DNA from: an uncultured Phycisphaeraceae bacterium
GTDB taxonomy: Bacteria > Planctomycetota > Phycisphaerae > Phycisphaerales > Phycisphaeraceae
Reading direction: 5' to 3'
DNA: 24,000 bases
NCBI GenBank assembly: GCA_963799335.1
Contig: CAWCWR010000005.1
Span: 75,580-99,579 of the forward strand
Part shown: piece by piece, positions 8,590 to 17,353 of the stretch
Position numbering within the stretch: the stretch's first letter is position 1
How the letters are laid out: each line of letters opens with the position of its first letter
The notes under the pieces: model-generated
Databases searched by the model: none
Told to the model about the DNA's origin: nothing
Seen by the model: only the letters and a program-made list of their open reading frames with translations
Program-made: the position numbers and the translations under genes

Positions 8590-9294
8590 TTAAAGTCCGT
8601 CCAGGTCAAAGCTGTAGAGGTTGTCCTGGGCGTCGGCAACGCCGTCGTTGTCTTCGTCGACCGCGGGGTCGGGCTGATTGTTTTTGAGCGTGTTGCCCCA
8701 CAGGCCGTCGGGACCCGCGGAAGCAAAGAACGCGCTGGGGTGGGCCGGCAGGTAGTCGTCGGCGGTAAAGGTGTCGGTGTGGCTGACGCTGCCGGCGTAA
8801 CGGATTTTGTTGTCCCACACGTCGCGGAGCTCGATGTCGTCGATCCCGATTGCGGGGGCGGAGGCGGCGGCGGCCACGTCCGCGATCGGTTGACCGGCGA
8901 GGGTATTGCGCAGGTCTTTCTTGGCGGCAATCTCCAGCAGCCGGGCGGTGGTCGGCACCTGTCCCGCGGTTTTGACGAAGTAGCCGAAGGTGCAATCGTC
9001 GTCGTTGCCGTCGGTGACATCGTCGCCCACATTGAGTCCGACGATGGCGGTCCCGAACGCATCGGCCCCGAAGTGGCGCACCACGTTCTTGGTCACCACG
9101 TTGTAATCGTCGGCCGCGGCGCCGAGGCTGTTGAGCATGGCGCGGGTCTTTCCGCCGTCGGCGGAGCTGAGAAACTTGATGGCCACCGGAAACGAGATGC
9201 CGATCAGCAGCACGATGATCGAGATCGTCACGAGGATCTCGATGAGCGTGAAGCCGGGGGCGGCTCGGCGGGGGGCGGGCGAGGGTTGAGTCAT
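8590..9294 (-). CDS. gspG: Major pseudopilin, GspG-like, 234 aa; intact
   Basis: Lower part of ORF 8590..9558. 'MTQPSPAPRRAAPGFTLIEILVTISIIVLLIGISFPV' has canonical G|FTLIE. C-terminal 'FFASAGPDGLWGN' and the acidic 'DEDNDGVADAQD' resemble the GspG C-terminal S-x-G-x-DG / Ca-site region. It sits directly downstream of gspF. The upper 88 codons of the tracked ORF belong to the gspF C-terminus. Confidence 0.7.
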   Translation of the reverse strand: MTQPSPAPRRAAPGFTLIEILVTISIIVLLIGISFPVAIKFLSSADGGKTRAMLNSLGAAADDYNVVTKNVVRHFGADAFGTAIVGLNVGDDVTDGNDDDCTFGYFVKTAGQVPTTARLLEIAAKKDLRNTLAGQPIADVAAAASAPAIGIDDIELRDVWDNKIRYAGSVSHTDTFTADDYLPAHPSAFFASAGPDGLWGNTLKNNQPDPAVDEDNDGVADAQDNLYSFDLDGL

Positions 9295-9341
9295 GGTAAA
9301 TCTCTGGATTGCGGGGACAGAGTCGGGGCCTGGGCCGAGGT

Positions 9342-10676
9342 TTACATCACCGACTGCATCAGCTTGACCAGGGGCAGGAAGAGGGCGATGACGATCATGC
9401 CGACGATGCCGCCGAGGACGACGACCATGATGGGTTCGAGCAGGCGACACGAGGCCGGCGACGGCGACATCGACTTCTTCGTCGTAGTTGTCGGCGATCT
9501 TCAGCAGCATCTTGTCCAGGTCACCGGTCTCTTCGCCCACGTCGATCATGTTGACCACCAGCGGGTCGCAGACCTTGGCCTTGCGCAGCGGCTCGGCGAA
9601 GCTGTCGCCCTGGCGGACGCTGTCGTGGACGTCGTTGAGGGCGTTGGAATAGACGTTGTTGGCGGTGGTTTCGGAGGTGATGGTGATCGCGTCGAGGATC
9701 GGGCACGCCGGCGTTGACCAGGGTGCCCAGGGTCCGGGTGAATTTGGCGATCGTGGCCTTGCGGACCAGCTGGCCCAGGACGGGGGTCAGGAGGATCATG
9801 CGGTCGAAGACGGCCTTGCCGCCGGAGGTCTTGCGGAGCATCTTGACGGCAAAGAAGATGACGAAAGGCGAAAGCAGGACCCACACGATCCCGGGGATCA
9901 TCTGGTCGGCGTTGATGGTGTCTTCCTTGGCGCCCATGTACGCCAGCAGCGCAGCCGCCGAGCCACTTGGACATCTCGATGAGCCAGACGGTCAGCGCGG
10001 GCATGTCGGTGTCGAAGTCGTCGAAGATCTCGATGAACTTGGGCACGATCAGGATCATGATGCCCAGCACGATGATGCCGGCGACGGTGATGACCGCGGC
10101 GGGGTAGATCATCGCGGAGATGATGCGGCGCTTGAGGCGGGCGGCTTTTTCGAGGAACTCGGCGAGGCGCTGCAGGATGATGTCCAGCACACCGCCGACT
10201 TCGCCCGCGGCGATCATTTTGGTGTAGAGGACGTTGAAGGCTTTGGGGTGTTTGGCAAACGCGTCGGAGAGCGAGACTGCCCGAGGAGACGTCTTCGTGG
10301 ACGTCTTCGAGGGTGTTCTTCATGAGGCCGGGCTTCTGCTGCTGCTCGAGGATCGACAGCGAGCGGAGGATGGGCAGGCCCGCGTCCTGGAGGGTGGAGA
10401 GCTGGCGGGTGAAGAGGGTCAGGTGCTTTTGGCTGACGCCGCCGATGTTGATGACGATGCCGCCGCGCACCTTTTCTTGCCGTCCTTACCGCCGCCTTTG
10501 CTGCCGCCGGAGCTGCCGCCTTTAGAGCCTTTTTTGACTTTCTGTTCGCGGATGGAGGTGGGGAAAAAGCCTTGACTTTTGATGCGGGCCAGGGCTTCGT
10601 CGCTGTTGGCGGCGTTGATCGTGCCTTTTTGGGGCTTGCCGGAGTCGTTGAGGGCTTCGAACTGGAAGGTGGGCAT
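9342..10676 (-). pseudogene. gspF: GspF/PilC-type inner-membrane platform protein (~444 aa reconstructed); 5 frame breaks (~10473 net -1; ~10276, ~9963, ~9702, ~9445 net +1)
   Basis: Tiles across ORFs 10419..10676, 9898..10470, 9546..10217, 9521..9937 and 8590..9558, plus a short terminal frame. The pieces are 'MPTFQFEALNDSGKPQKGTINAANSDEALARIKSQGFFP', 'LTLFTRQLSTLQDAGLPILRSLSIL', 'SLSDAFAKHPKAFNVLYTKMIAAGEVGGVLDIILQRLAEFLEK', 'VFDRMILLTPVLGQLVRKATIAKFTRTLGTLVNAGVP', 'ILDAITITSETTANNVY...VVNMIDVGEETGDLDKMLLKIADNYDEEVD' and 'LLEPIMVVVLGGIVGMIVIALFLPLVKLMQSVM*'. GGAG lies 7 nt before ATG 10676. Confidence 0.85.
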
Positions 10677-10820
10677 GACGGAACTCCGGTATCTAAGTTT
10701 GGATTGTTAGAGTGGAGGAATAAGGTTGACATCGAAGCGAAGCGGGGTGGCCGATGACGGCAGGGCGGCGATCGGGGAACGCAGGGGGGCGTGGCGGAAG
10801 TCGAGGGTTAATCTCGGCAA

Positions 10821-10853
10821 ATCAAAAATCGGGCTTGGACATCTATCAAAAAT
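10821..10853. repeat. Direct repeat ATCAAAAAT x2 (10821-10829 and 10845-10853; ATTTTTGAT on the coding strand) in an AT-rich patch between gspE and gspF
   Basis: Read directly; 24-bp start-to-start spacing. On the minus strand the first copy overlaps a TTGATA hexamer. Confidence 0.6.
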
Positions 10854-10876
10854 GCGGAAATAACGACGAGCGTGAT

Positions 10877-12613
10877 TCAGTCTTCGATCATGGTTTCTTT
10901 GACGACTTCGTCGATGGTGGTCGCTGCCGTCGTAGAGGGCCATGAGGCCGGACTGGCGGAGGGTGCGCATGCCGCGTTTGCGGGCTTCGGCCCGGAGTAG
11001 CTGGGACGAGGCTTGCTTCATGATCAGGTCGCGCATCTCGTCGTCGAGGATCATGACTTCGAAGATGCCCATCCGGCCTTTGTAGCCCGAGTGGTTGCAG
11101 TAGTCGCAGCCCACGCCGCGGTAAGAGCTGCCGACCTTCGAGGTCTTCGGGCGTGAGGTTGAGCAGGAACAGCTCGTCTTCCGACGGTGTGTAGGCCTCT
11201 TTGCACCGCTGACAGATTTTGCGGACCAGCCGCTGGGCGAGGATGCCTTCGATGGTCGCGGTGATGAGGAAGGATTCGAGGCCCAGGTCCAGAAGACGGG
11301 CGATGGAGGAGGGGGCGTCGTTGGTGTGGAGGGTGGTGAACACCAGGTGGCCGGTGAGCGAAGCCTGCACGCCGATGCGGGCGGTTTCGAGGTCGCGGGT
11401 TTCGCCGATCAGGACGATATCGGGGTCCTGCCGCAGGAAGCTTCGGAGGGCGGCGGCAAAGGTGAGGCCCACGTCGGGGTTGACCTGCACCTGGCAGAGC
11501 CCATCGATGTCGTACTCGACGGGGTCCTCGGCGGTGAGGATTTTTTCGGTGACCTGGTTGAGTTCCGCCAGCGCGGAGTAGAGGGTCGTGGTCTTGCCCG
11601 AGCCGGTGGGGCCGGTGACGATCACGATGCCGTTGGGCTTGTGGATGAGTTGGCGGAAGGTTTCGAGGTCGTCGGGCCGCATGCCGACCTTGTCGAGGTC
11701 GAGGTTGACGTTGCCGCGGTCGAGCACCCGCATGACGACCGATTCGCCGAACATGGTCGGCAGCACCGCGATGCGCAGGTCGACCGGCTCACCGCCCACG
11801 ACCAGCTCGATGCGGCCGTCCTGGGGCAGGCGACGCTCGGCGATGTCGAGGTCCGCCATGACCTTGATCCGCGAAACGATCGGGGTTGGCGAGGTGCCGG
11901 GGCGGGGGGATCATCTCGTAGAGCACGCCGTCGATGCGGTAGCGCATCTTGAACTCGTCTTCAAACGGCTCGAAGTGGATGTCGCTGGCCTTGTCCTTGA
12001 TCGCCTGAAGCAGGACGAGGTTCAGCAGCCGGATGACGCGGTTGTCGTTGGCCATCGCCATCTCGTCTTCGAGGTCGATCGGATGAGCCACGGTCGCCGA
12101 ACTCGTCGAGGTCTTCGTCCTCGGCCAGGCCGGCCACGAGCGAGGCGAGCGATTCTTCGTCTTCGCCGTAATGCCGGTCGATCAGCGTGTCGATCTGCTC
12201 GGCGGGTGCCACCACCGCTTCGACCTTGAACCCCATCAGCAGACCGCAGGTCGTCCAGCGCCCGGAAGTTGTCCGCCGACTTGAGCGCCACCGTCAGCAT
12301 GTTGGACTCGGCATCGTGATCGGATGGGCAGCACGTGGTAGGCGTTGGCCATCTCGGCGGGCACCATCTTGATGACCTCTTCTTTGATTTCGAGTTCTTC
12401 GAGATCGACGACTTTCATCCCCGCCTGGGCGGCAAGGGCGAAGTTGACATCGTCGTGAGAGCAATAGCCCAGCTCGACCAACAGCTGGCCGACCGGCGCC
12501 CGCTTCTGCTTCTGCAGCTCCAAAGCCTCCTGGGCCTGGTCACGGGTGATCTTGCCCATTTTGGTGAGGACTCGTCCGAGGCGTCGTCCCTGAAGTTCGG
12601 CGGTACTGGCCAT
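10877..12613 (-). pseudogene. gspE: GspE/PilB-family secretion ATPase with an N-terminal MshEN/T2SSE_N domain (~577 aa reconstructed); 6 net +1 frame breaks (~12322, ~12243, ~12092, ~11881, ~11123, ~10922)
   Basis: Tiles across ORFs 12236..12613, 12022..12300, 11961..12236, 11789..12091, 10888..11859 and 10707..11114, plus a short terminal frame. Supporting sequence:
- N-terminal 'RLGRVLTKMGKITRDQAQEALELQ'
- '[26 protein letters not shown]'
- '[24 protein letters not shown]'
- Walker A '[15 protein letters not shown]'
- '[12 protein letters not shown]'
- '[21 protein letters not shown]'
- tetracysteine 'CQRCKEAY...[13 protein letters not shown]'
- end '...[14 protein letters not shown]'. Confidence 0.88.
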
Positions 12614-12863
12614 AATCGAAGTTCCGTGGAGTTCAGTTTTCCAAGTGTCCCGTCACCTGCAAGCAGTGAGACGGGATATGATCGCGGGCAGGTGGGGGCG
12701 TTGCAAGAAATCGAGTCGGCAATGAGACGGCTAGCAGCCATCGCGGGTCGGGTTCATTCCTAATCATACGTGATCCCCACCGCGTTCCCAAGCGAATAGG
12801 GCCGTGAGAGAGGGGTGGGACACGTGGATTATTTGATCAGTCGAATTGATGGCGACCGCGAAC

Positions 12864-12890
12864 AAGCCCGCCCCGAGGGGGGGCGGGCTT
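12864..12890 (-). terminator. Perfect 11-bp GC-rich hairpin (AAGCCCGCCCC / GGGGCGGGCTT, 5-nt loop) ~100 nt downstream of the pilT stop; no canonical U-tract
   Basis: Inverted repeat read directly, inside the only long (380 nt) gap of the cluster. The missing T-run keeps confidence low; it could be an RNA-stabilising or processing hairpin instead. Confidence 0.35.
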
Positions 12891-12992
12891 GGGGCGGTGT
12901 CTGATTATTCTAGAAGTTCGTGGAAGGTTTGCCGGGAGCATCAGGGATTTGAACCGGGTGCTGTTGATGATTTTTGCGAGCCAGGGTGGATC

Positions 12993-14118
12993 TTAGGCCG
13001 CATTGTCATCGAGCTCTGGCCGGCCGATGGTGCCGCCCGCCCGGTGGACTTTTTCGATTAGGGAGTCGGCATTGGACGAGCGGTCGATCATGTCGCCAGC
13101 GTCGATAAGGTCTTTCTCATAAAGTTCCCAGAGGAAGTCGTCGAGCAGCTTCATGCCGAACTTCTTGCCGGTCTGGATCGCCGAGGGGATTTTGAAAGAC
13201 TGGGCCTCGCGGATGAGGTTGGAGATGGCGGGGGTGACGACCATAAATTCGTAGGCGGCGATCATGCCTTTGGGCTTACGTTTCATCAGCTGCTGGCAGA
13301 GCACCGCAATCAGGGCCACCGAGAGCTGGGCCCGGACCTGCTGCTGCTGATTGGTGGGGAAGGCGTCGACGAGGCGGTTGATGGTGCCGGCCGCGGAGTT
13401 GGTGTGGAGGGTGCCGAACACGAGGTGGCCGGTCTCGGCGGCGGTGATGGCGGCTTCGATGGTTTCGAGGTCACGCATCTCGCCGACCAGGATCACGTCG
13501 GGGTCCTGACGCAGGGCCCGCCGCAGGGCTTCGGAGAAGCTGGGCACGTCGGTGCCGATCTCGCGCTGGTTAACGATGGATTTTTTATGGGGCTGGTAGT
13601 ATTCGATCGGGTCCTCGACCGTGATGATGTGTCGGTCGAGGTTGATGTTGATGTAGTCGATCATCGACGCGAGGGTCGTGGTCTTGCCCGAGCCGGTGGG
13701 CCCGGTGACCAGGAACAGGCCGCGGGGCCGGCGGATCAGGTCCTTGACGATCGGCGGCAGGCCGATCTTGTCGATGTCCAGCAGCAAGTTGGGAATGCGG
13801 CGCAGCACCATGGCGACGCTGCCTTTCTGGCGGAAAATCGAGACACGAAAGCGGGCGGATTTTTCGGCATCATCTTGGTCGCCGTAGGAGAAGCCGAAGT
13901 CCGAGCCGCCCGCTCTCCTGCAGCTCGTTCTGGGCGCGTTCGGGGCTGATGGCTTTCATCAGCGCGGTGGTGTCGTCGGGCTCGAGGACTTTGGTCTTGA
14001 GCTCGACGAGTCGGCCGGACATCCGGACGGTGGGGGGCTTGCCGACGGTCAGGTGCAGGTCGCTGGCTTCCTGCTTGATGACGGTGTCGAGCAGACGATC
14101 GATTTGCATGGCGGACAT
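12993..14118 (-). CDS. pilT: PilT-type retraction ATPase (~374 aa); one net +1 frame break ~13908
   Basis: ORF 13870..14118 ('MSAMQIDRLLDTVIKQEASDLHLTVGKPP...ELQESG') joins the frame of ORF 12993..13811 ('GSDFGFSYGDQDDAEKSARFRVSIFRQKGSVAMVLRRIP'). It has Walker A '[14 protein letters not shown]', 'DPDVILVGEMRD', 'TGHLVFGTLHTN' and the PilT signature 'AISNLIRE' (canonical AIRNLIRE). It has no N-terminal MshEN domain and is small, as PilT is. Confidence 0.88.
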
Positions 14119-14267
14119 GGGCGTGGCCTCTTAGGCGCTAGGCGAGGAGCACTCGCAGGAAATTGATTTAGTAAGAATCCAACGGGTTAACGGTTATCGG
14201 AGCGGGTCATCGTGGAGCGTGGGAGTCAGCGGATCGCGTGTTATGGGTATGCGTAGCGCCGCTGGTC

Positions 14268-16050
14268 TCACGCCGCCAGATCGTCTTCGTCATCCCCGAC
14301 ATCGACGACGCCTTCGACCTGGGCGATCTTGGCGATCTCGTCGAGGGTGGTCTGGCCGTCGAGGATTTTGAGCTTGCCGTCACCCAGCAGCGTCCGCATG
14401 CCCGAGGCCACCGCCGCGGCCCGGATCTTGCCGACCGGGGCACGGTTGAACGCCAGCTCGCGGATCTCGGAGTTCATAAACATGATCTCGTAGATCCCGC
14501 GACGGCCGCGGAAACCGGTGTCGCCGCAGCGGGTGCAGCCGCCGGGTTTGTAGATGGTTTTACCTTCCAAGTCGTCGCGGGTCATGCCGCAGAGGGCCAT
14601 GCAGTCTTGCGATCGGGGTCGACCTCGGGCTCTTTGCAATGGTCGCAGAGGATCCGGACCAGCCGCTGGCCAAGCACCGCCTGGATCGAGCTGGCCACGA
14701 GGAACGGCTTGAGGCCCATGTCGATCAGGCGGGTGATGGCCGAGGGGGCGTCGTTGGTGTGCAGGGTGCGAGAACACCATGTGGCCGGTGAGGGCGGCCT
14801 GCACCGCGACTTCGCCGACTTCCTGGTCGCGGATTTCACCGACGAGGATGATATTGGGTGCCTGCCGCAACATCGCACGAAGAATAAGCTTGAAGTCCAG
14901 CGGCGGGTCCATCTGCATGTTGACCTGGCACTGGTTGATCCCCTTGAAGTTGTATTCGATGGGGTCCTCGGCCGTGATGATCTTGCGGTCGGGGCGGTTG
15001 AGCTCGTTCAGTGCCGAGTAGAGCGTGGTGGTCTTGCCCGAGCCGGTGGGGCCGGTGACCAGGAAGATGCCGTTGGGCCGGTTGATGACTTTGTTGAAGC
15101 CTTCGAGCGTGTCGGGCCTCATGCCGAGTTTTTCGAGGCCGAGCATCGCCGCTTCGGGCGCAGGATACGCATGACGATCGATTCGCCGTGGTAGGTCGGG
15201 CAGCAGGAAAAGCGGAAGTCGGTGACCTTGCCCTCGATGCGCATCTTGATCCGGCCGTCCTGCGGGATGCGTTTTTCTTCGACGCGGACGCCGGCCATGA
15301 TCTTGAGGCGGGCGATGACCGAGCCCTGCGTCCGCTTGGGGATCGTGTTGCGTTCGTGGCAGACGCCGTCGATGCGGTAGCGCAGCCGCACGCGGTTTTC
15401 AAAAGGCTCGATGTGGATGTCCGACGCCCGGCCGTTGACCGCCTCGGCGATGATCTGGTTGCACCAGCTTGATGATCGGGCCTTGCTGGGCTTTGTCCGC
15501 ATCGTTGCCGTCGGCGTCGATGTCGATGGATTTGTCCATCGTCGAGTCAAGGCTCATGTCCAGCGAAGTGTCGACGGACATGTCCATCGTCAGCTTGTCG
15601 ATGGAGTTCTTCACATCCGACATGACGTTGTCGATGTATTCGCTGATCTTGTTCTTGGCCGAGAGGGCCAGCTCGACCTTGCCGCCCAGGCGGAACTGCA
15701 GGTCGTCGATCAGGTTGATGTCCATCGGGTCGTGGACCAGGACCTTGAGGGTGTTGCCCTCTTTGCCCAGGGGCAGGACGAGGTACTTCTTAATCATGTC
15801 CGGCGGGATCAGCTCGAGCTGGTTGCGGTCGATGACGTTGGGCTGATCGAGATCGACGAACTCGAGACCGAACTGGGAGGCCAGCGCTTTGGCGATATCG
15901 TTTTCGGAGACGTGTCCGGCCGCGACGAGGGCTTCGCCGATGCGCTTGCGTGACCCCTTGGACAGATTTAAGGGCGTCTTCGATCTGCTTATCGTCGACG
16001 AGTCGCCACTGCTTGAGGATTTGTCCGAGTTGTAGCCGTTTGCGTGCCAT
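14268..16050 (-). pseudogene. pilB: PilB/GspE-family extension ATPase with N-terminal MshEN-type repeats (~593 aa reconstructed); 5 frame breaks (~15955-15966, ~15461, ~14768 net +1; ~15160, ~14605 net -1)
   Basis: Tiles across the frames of ORFs 15790..16143, 15399..16484, 15119..15550, 14268..15146 and 14582..14878, then back to 14268..15146. Supporting sequence:
- 'MARKRLQLGQILKQWRLVDDKQIEDALKS'
- 'KGSRKRIGEALVAAGHVSENDIAKALASQFGLEFVDL'
- 'NQIIAEAVNGRASDIHIEPFENRVRLRYRIDGV'
- 'RIPQDGRIKMRIEG'
- Walker A '[15 protein letters not shown]'
- '[19 protein letters not shown]'
- 'CDHCKEP...GCTRCGDTGFRGR'
The symbol is family-level only (pilB vs gspE cannot be resolved here). Confidence 0.85.
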
Positions 16051-16254
16051 CGGCACCTCTGTAAGTAGGTGGAGTCGGCCTTGGGCGGCGGTGCCCGGGG
16101 CCGGGGGGCTTTGAAGTATGCGGCTGCGGACGGTGAAAGGCAAGCCCCGGGCGGTGAACCGGGCGGCCTGACGGACGTATTAGCAGTCCCGGGACTTCGG
16201 CGGTCGAAGCCGGTGCACGACAGAATGAGGCACGCGAAAGACGTGTAATTAAAC

Positions 16255-16259
16255 AGGAG
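16255..16259 (+). promoter_or_regulatory. Shine-Dalgarno-like AGGAG, 7 nt upstream of ATG 16267
   Basis: aaacAGGAGttttccgATG read directly. Confidence 0.5.
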
Positions 16260-16266
16260 TTTTCCG

Positions 16267-17205
16267 ATGAACAGACGGACTTGGATCGCGGGGCTGGTAG
16301 CGGCGGGGGCGGTGGGCTGGTCGGCGATGTCGATGCACGCCGAGATCCAGGCCCAGGAGATGGCCGAGGAATCGCAAGAATCGACAGCCGAGTTCCGCCC
16401 CGGTTTTCTGGGGGTGGCGGTCGCCGAGACGTCGCGGTCCGTAGGGGGGGAGTTGCGGGCCCCGGCCCTCGTGGTAGCGGGCATCCAACCCGGCTCGCCC
16501 GCCGAGACGGCTGGGCTCCAGACCGGCGACGTGCTGATTCGATTGGAAGATCAACGCCTGGTCCACCCCGAACAGCTGCGCCGTCTGGTAATGGCCTATC
16601 CGGCAGGACAGGAGATGAGCGTAACGCTTTGGCGGGAGGGGCAACCGCAAACCATGACGGTGACGCTAGCCGAGCGGCCGATGGAATGGGACCGACCCGA
16701 AGGTTCTCTGCCGGGTGTTTGGAATCATTTGCCGCTGGATGAGCTCGGGGCGATCGGAGAATTCGACGAAATGCCACGGCTTGATCTGGACAGATTCGAC
16801 GACGACGCGATAAAGCAGCAAATTAAACGTATGCAATCGGACCTTGATCAGCACATGCAGGCGATGCGGAAACGGTTCAAGACCGAAAAAGATGGGGGGC
16901 GTGTCGGACCACCCGTAGAGGAGGCAATGCGTCATCCGTTGCTGCCCGGGCGATCGAGCTTGCAGGTGTTGCAAGACTCGCAGCATCGATTAACCATCCG
17001 TCAGGACGCCGACGGCCGACACCTCCACGCCACCGACTCCGCTGGGAACGTGATTTATGATGGTCCCATCAACACCGAGACCCAGCTTCTTAAGGTCCCC
17101 CCGGCCATCCTTGACAAGATTCCATCGCCCGCTCCGCAGCAGGTTCCATCCGACGAACTTTCGCCCGCTTCGTTGCCCCCCGACCCGCCGGGCCGCGGGG
17201 TTTGA
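16267..17205 (+). CDS. Secreted PDZ-domain protein, 312 aa; intact
   Basis: ORF 16267..17205. Signal-peptide-like 'MNRRTWIAGLVAAGAVGWSAMSMHA'. PDZ core 'GFLGVAV...ALVVAGIQPGSPAETAGLQTGDVLIRLEDQRLVHPEQLRRLV...MSVTLWREGQ'. The C-terminal half has no recognisable family. Confidence 0.75.
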   Translation: MNRRTWIAGLVAAGAVGWSAMSMHAEIQAQEMAEESQESTAEFRPGFLGVAVAETSRSVGGELRAPALVVAGIQPGSPAETAGLQTGDVLIRLEDQRLVHPEQLRRLVMAYPAGQEMSVTLWREGQPQTMTVTLAERPMEWDRPEGSLPGVWNHLPLDELGAIGEFDEMPRLDLDRFDDDAIKQQIKRMQSDLDQHMQAMRKRFKTEKDGGRVGPPVEEAMRHPLLPGRSSLQVLQDSQHRLTIRQDADGRHLHATDSAGNVIYDGPINTETQLLKVPPAILDKIPSPAPQQVPSDELSPASLPPDPPGRGV

Positions 17206-17353
17206 GCCCGATCAACGTCCATCCAGCTCCGTCTAGGTTTTGCAGGGCGGTTGAGAGATACCGAACTGATTGCCGATGTGTTGATATTTATAGAAGCTCG
17301 TATGGCAAAACGGGTAGAGTCTCCTACGATGCCGGGCCGTGCCAAGCCGTCGA

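Noticed and set aside
8704-8742. Possible H-X9-DG motif (planctomycete prepilin-associated family) in the GspG-like protein: HPSAFFASAGPDG
   Set aside because: The spacing is H-X10-DG, not X9. The segment is better explained as the generic GspG C-terminal S-x-G-x-DG region, so no family call was made from it.
829-9717. Long ORFs antisense to, or out of frame with, the pseudopilin genes (829..2031 +, 3014..4153 +, 5209..6510 +, 7578..9062 -, 8740..9717 +, and many 60-150 aa ORFs)
   Set aside because: Their translations are Arg/Gly/Pro/Ala/His-rich low-complexity strings typical of stop-poor shadow frames in high-GC DNA. Each overlaps a frame with clearly protein-like or conserved sequence. 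ORF 7578..9062 is real only over a ~200-nt segment, which belongs to the H-position pseudopilin.
12945-12955. GGATTTGAACC (reverse complement of a tRNA T-loop-like GGTTCAAATCC) suggesting a minus-strand tRNA near the pilT stop
   Set aside because: The flanks do not pair into a T-stem (only 3 of 5 pairs). No acceptor or anticodon arms can be drawn.
11581-15060. A ~40-nt near-identical DNA block present three times (11581-11619, 13671-13709, 15021-15060)
   Set aside because: It is the Walker A region (L-Y-S/A...[10 protein letters not shown]) of the three paralogous ATPases with shared codon usage. It is not a mobile or regulatory repeat. It also generates the look-alike spurious + strand ORFs starting [11 protein letters not shown].
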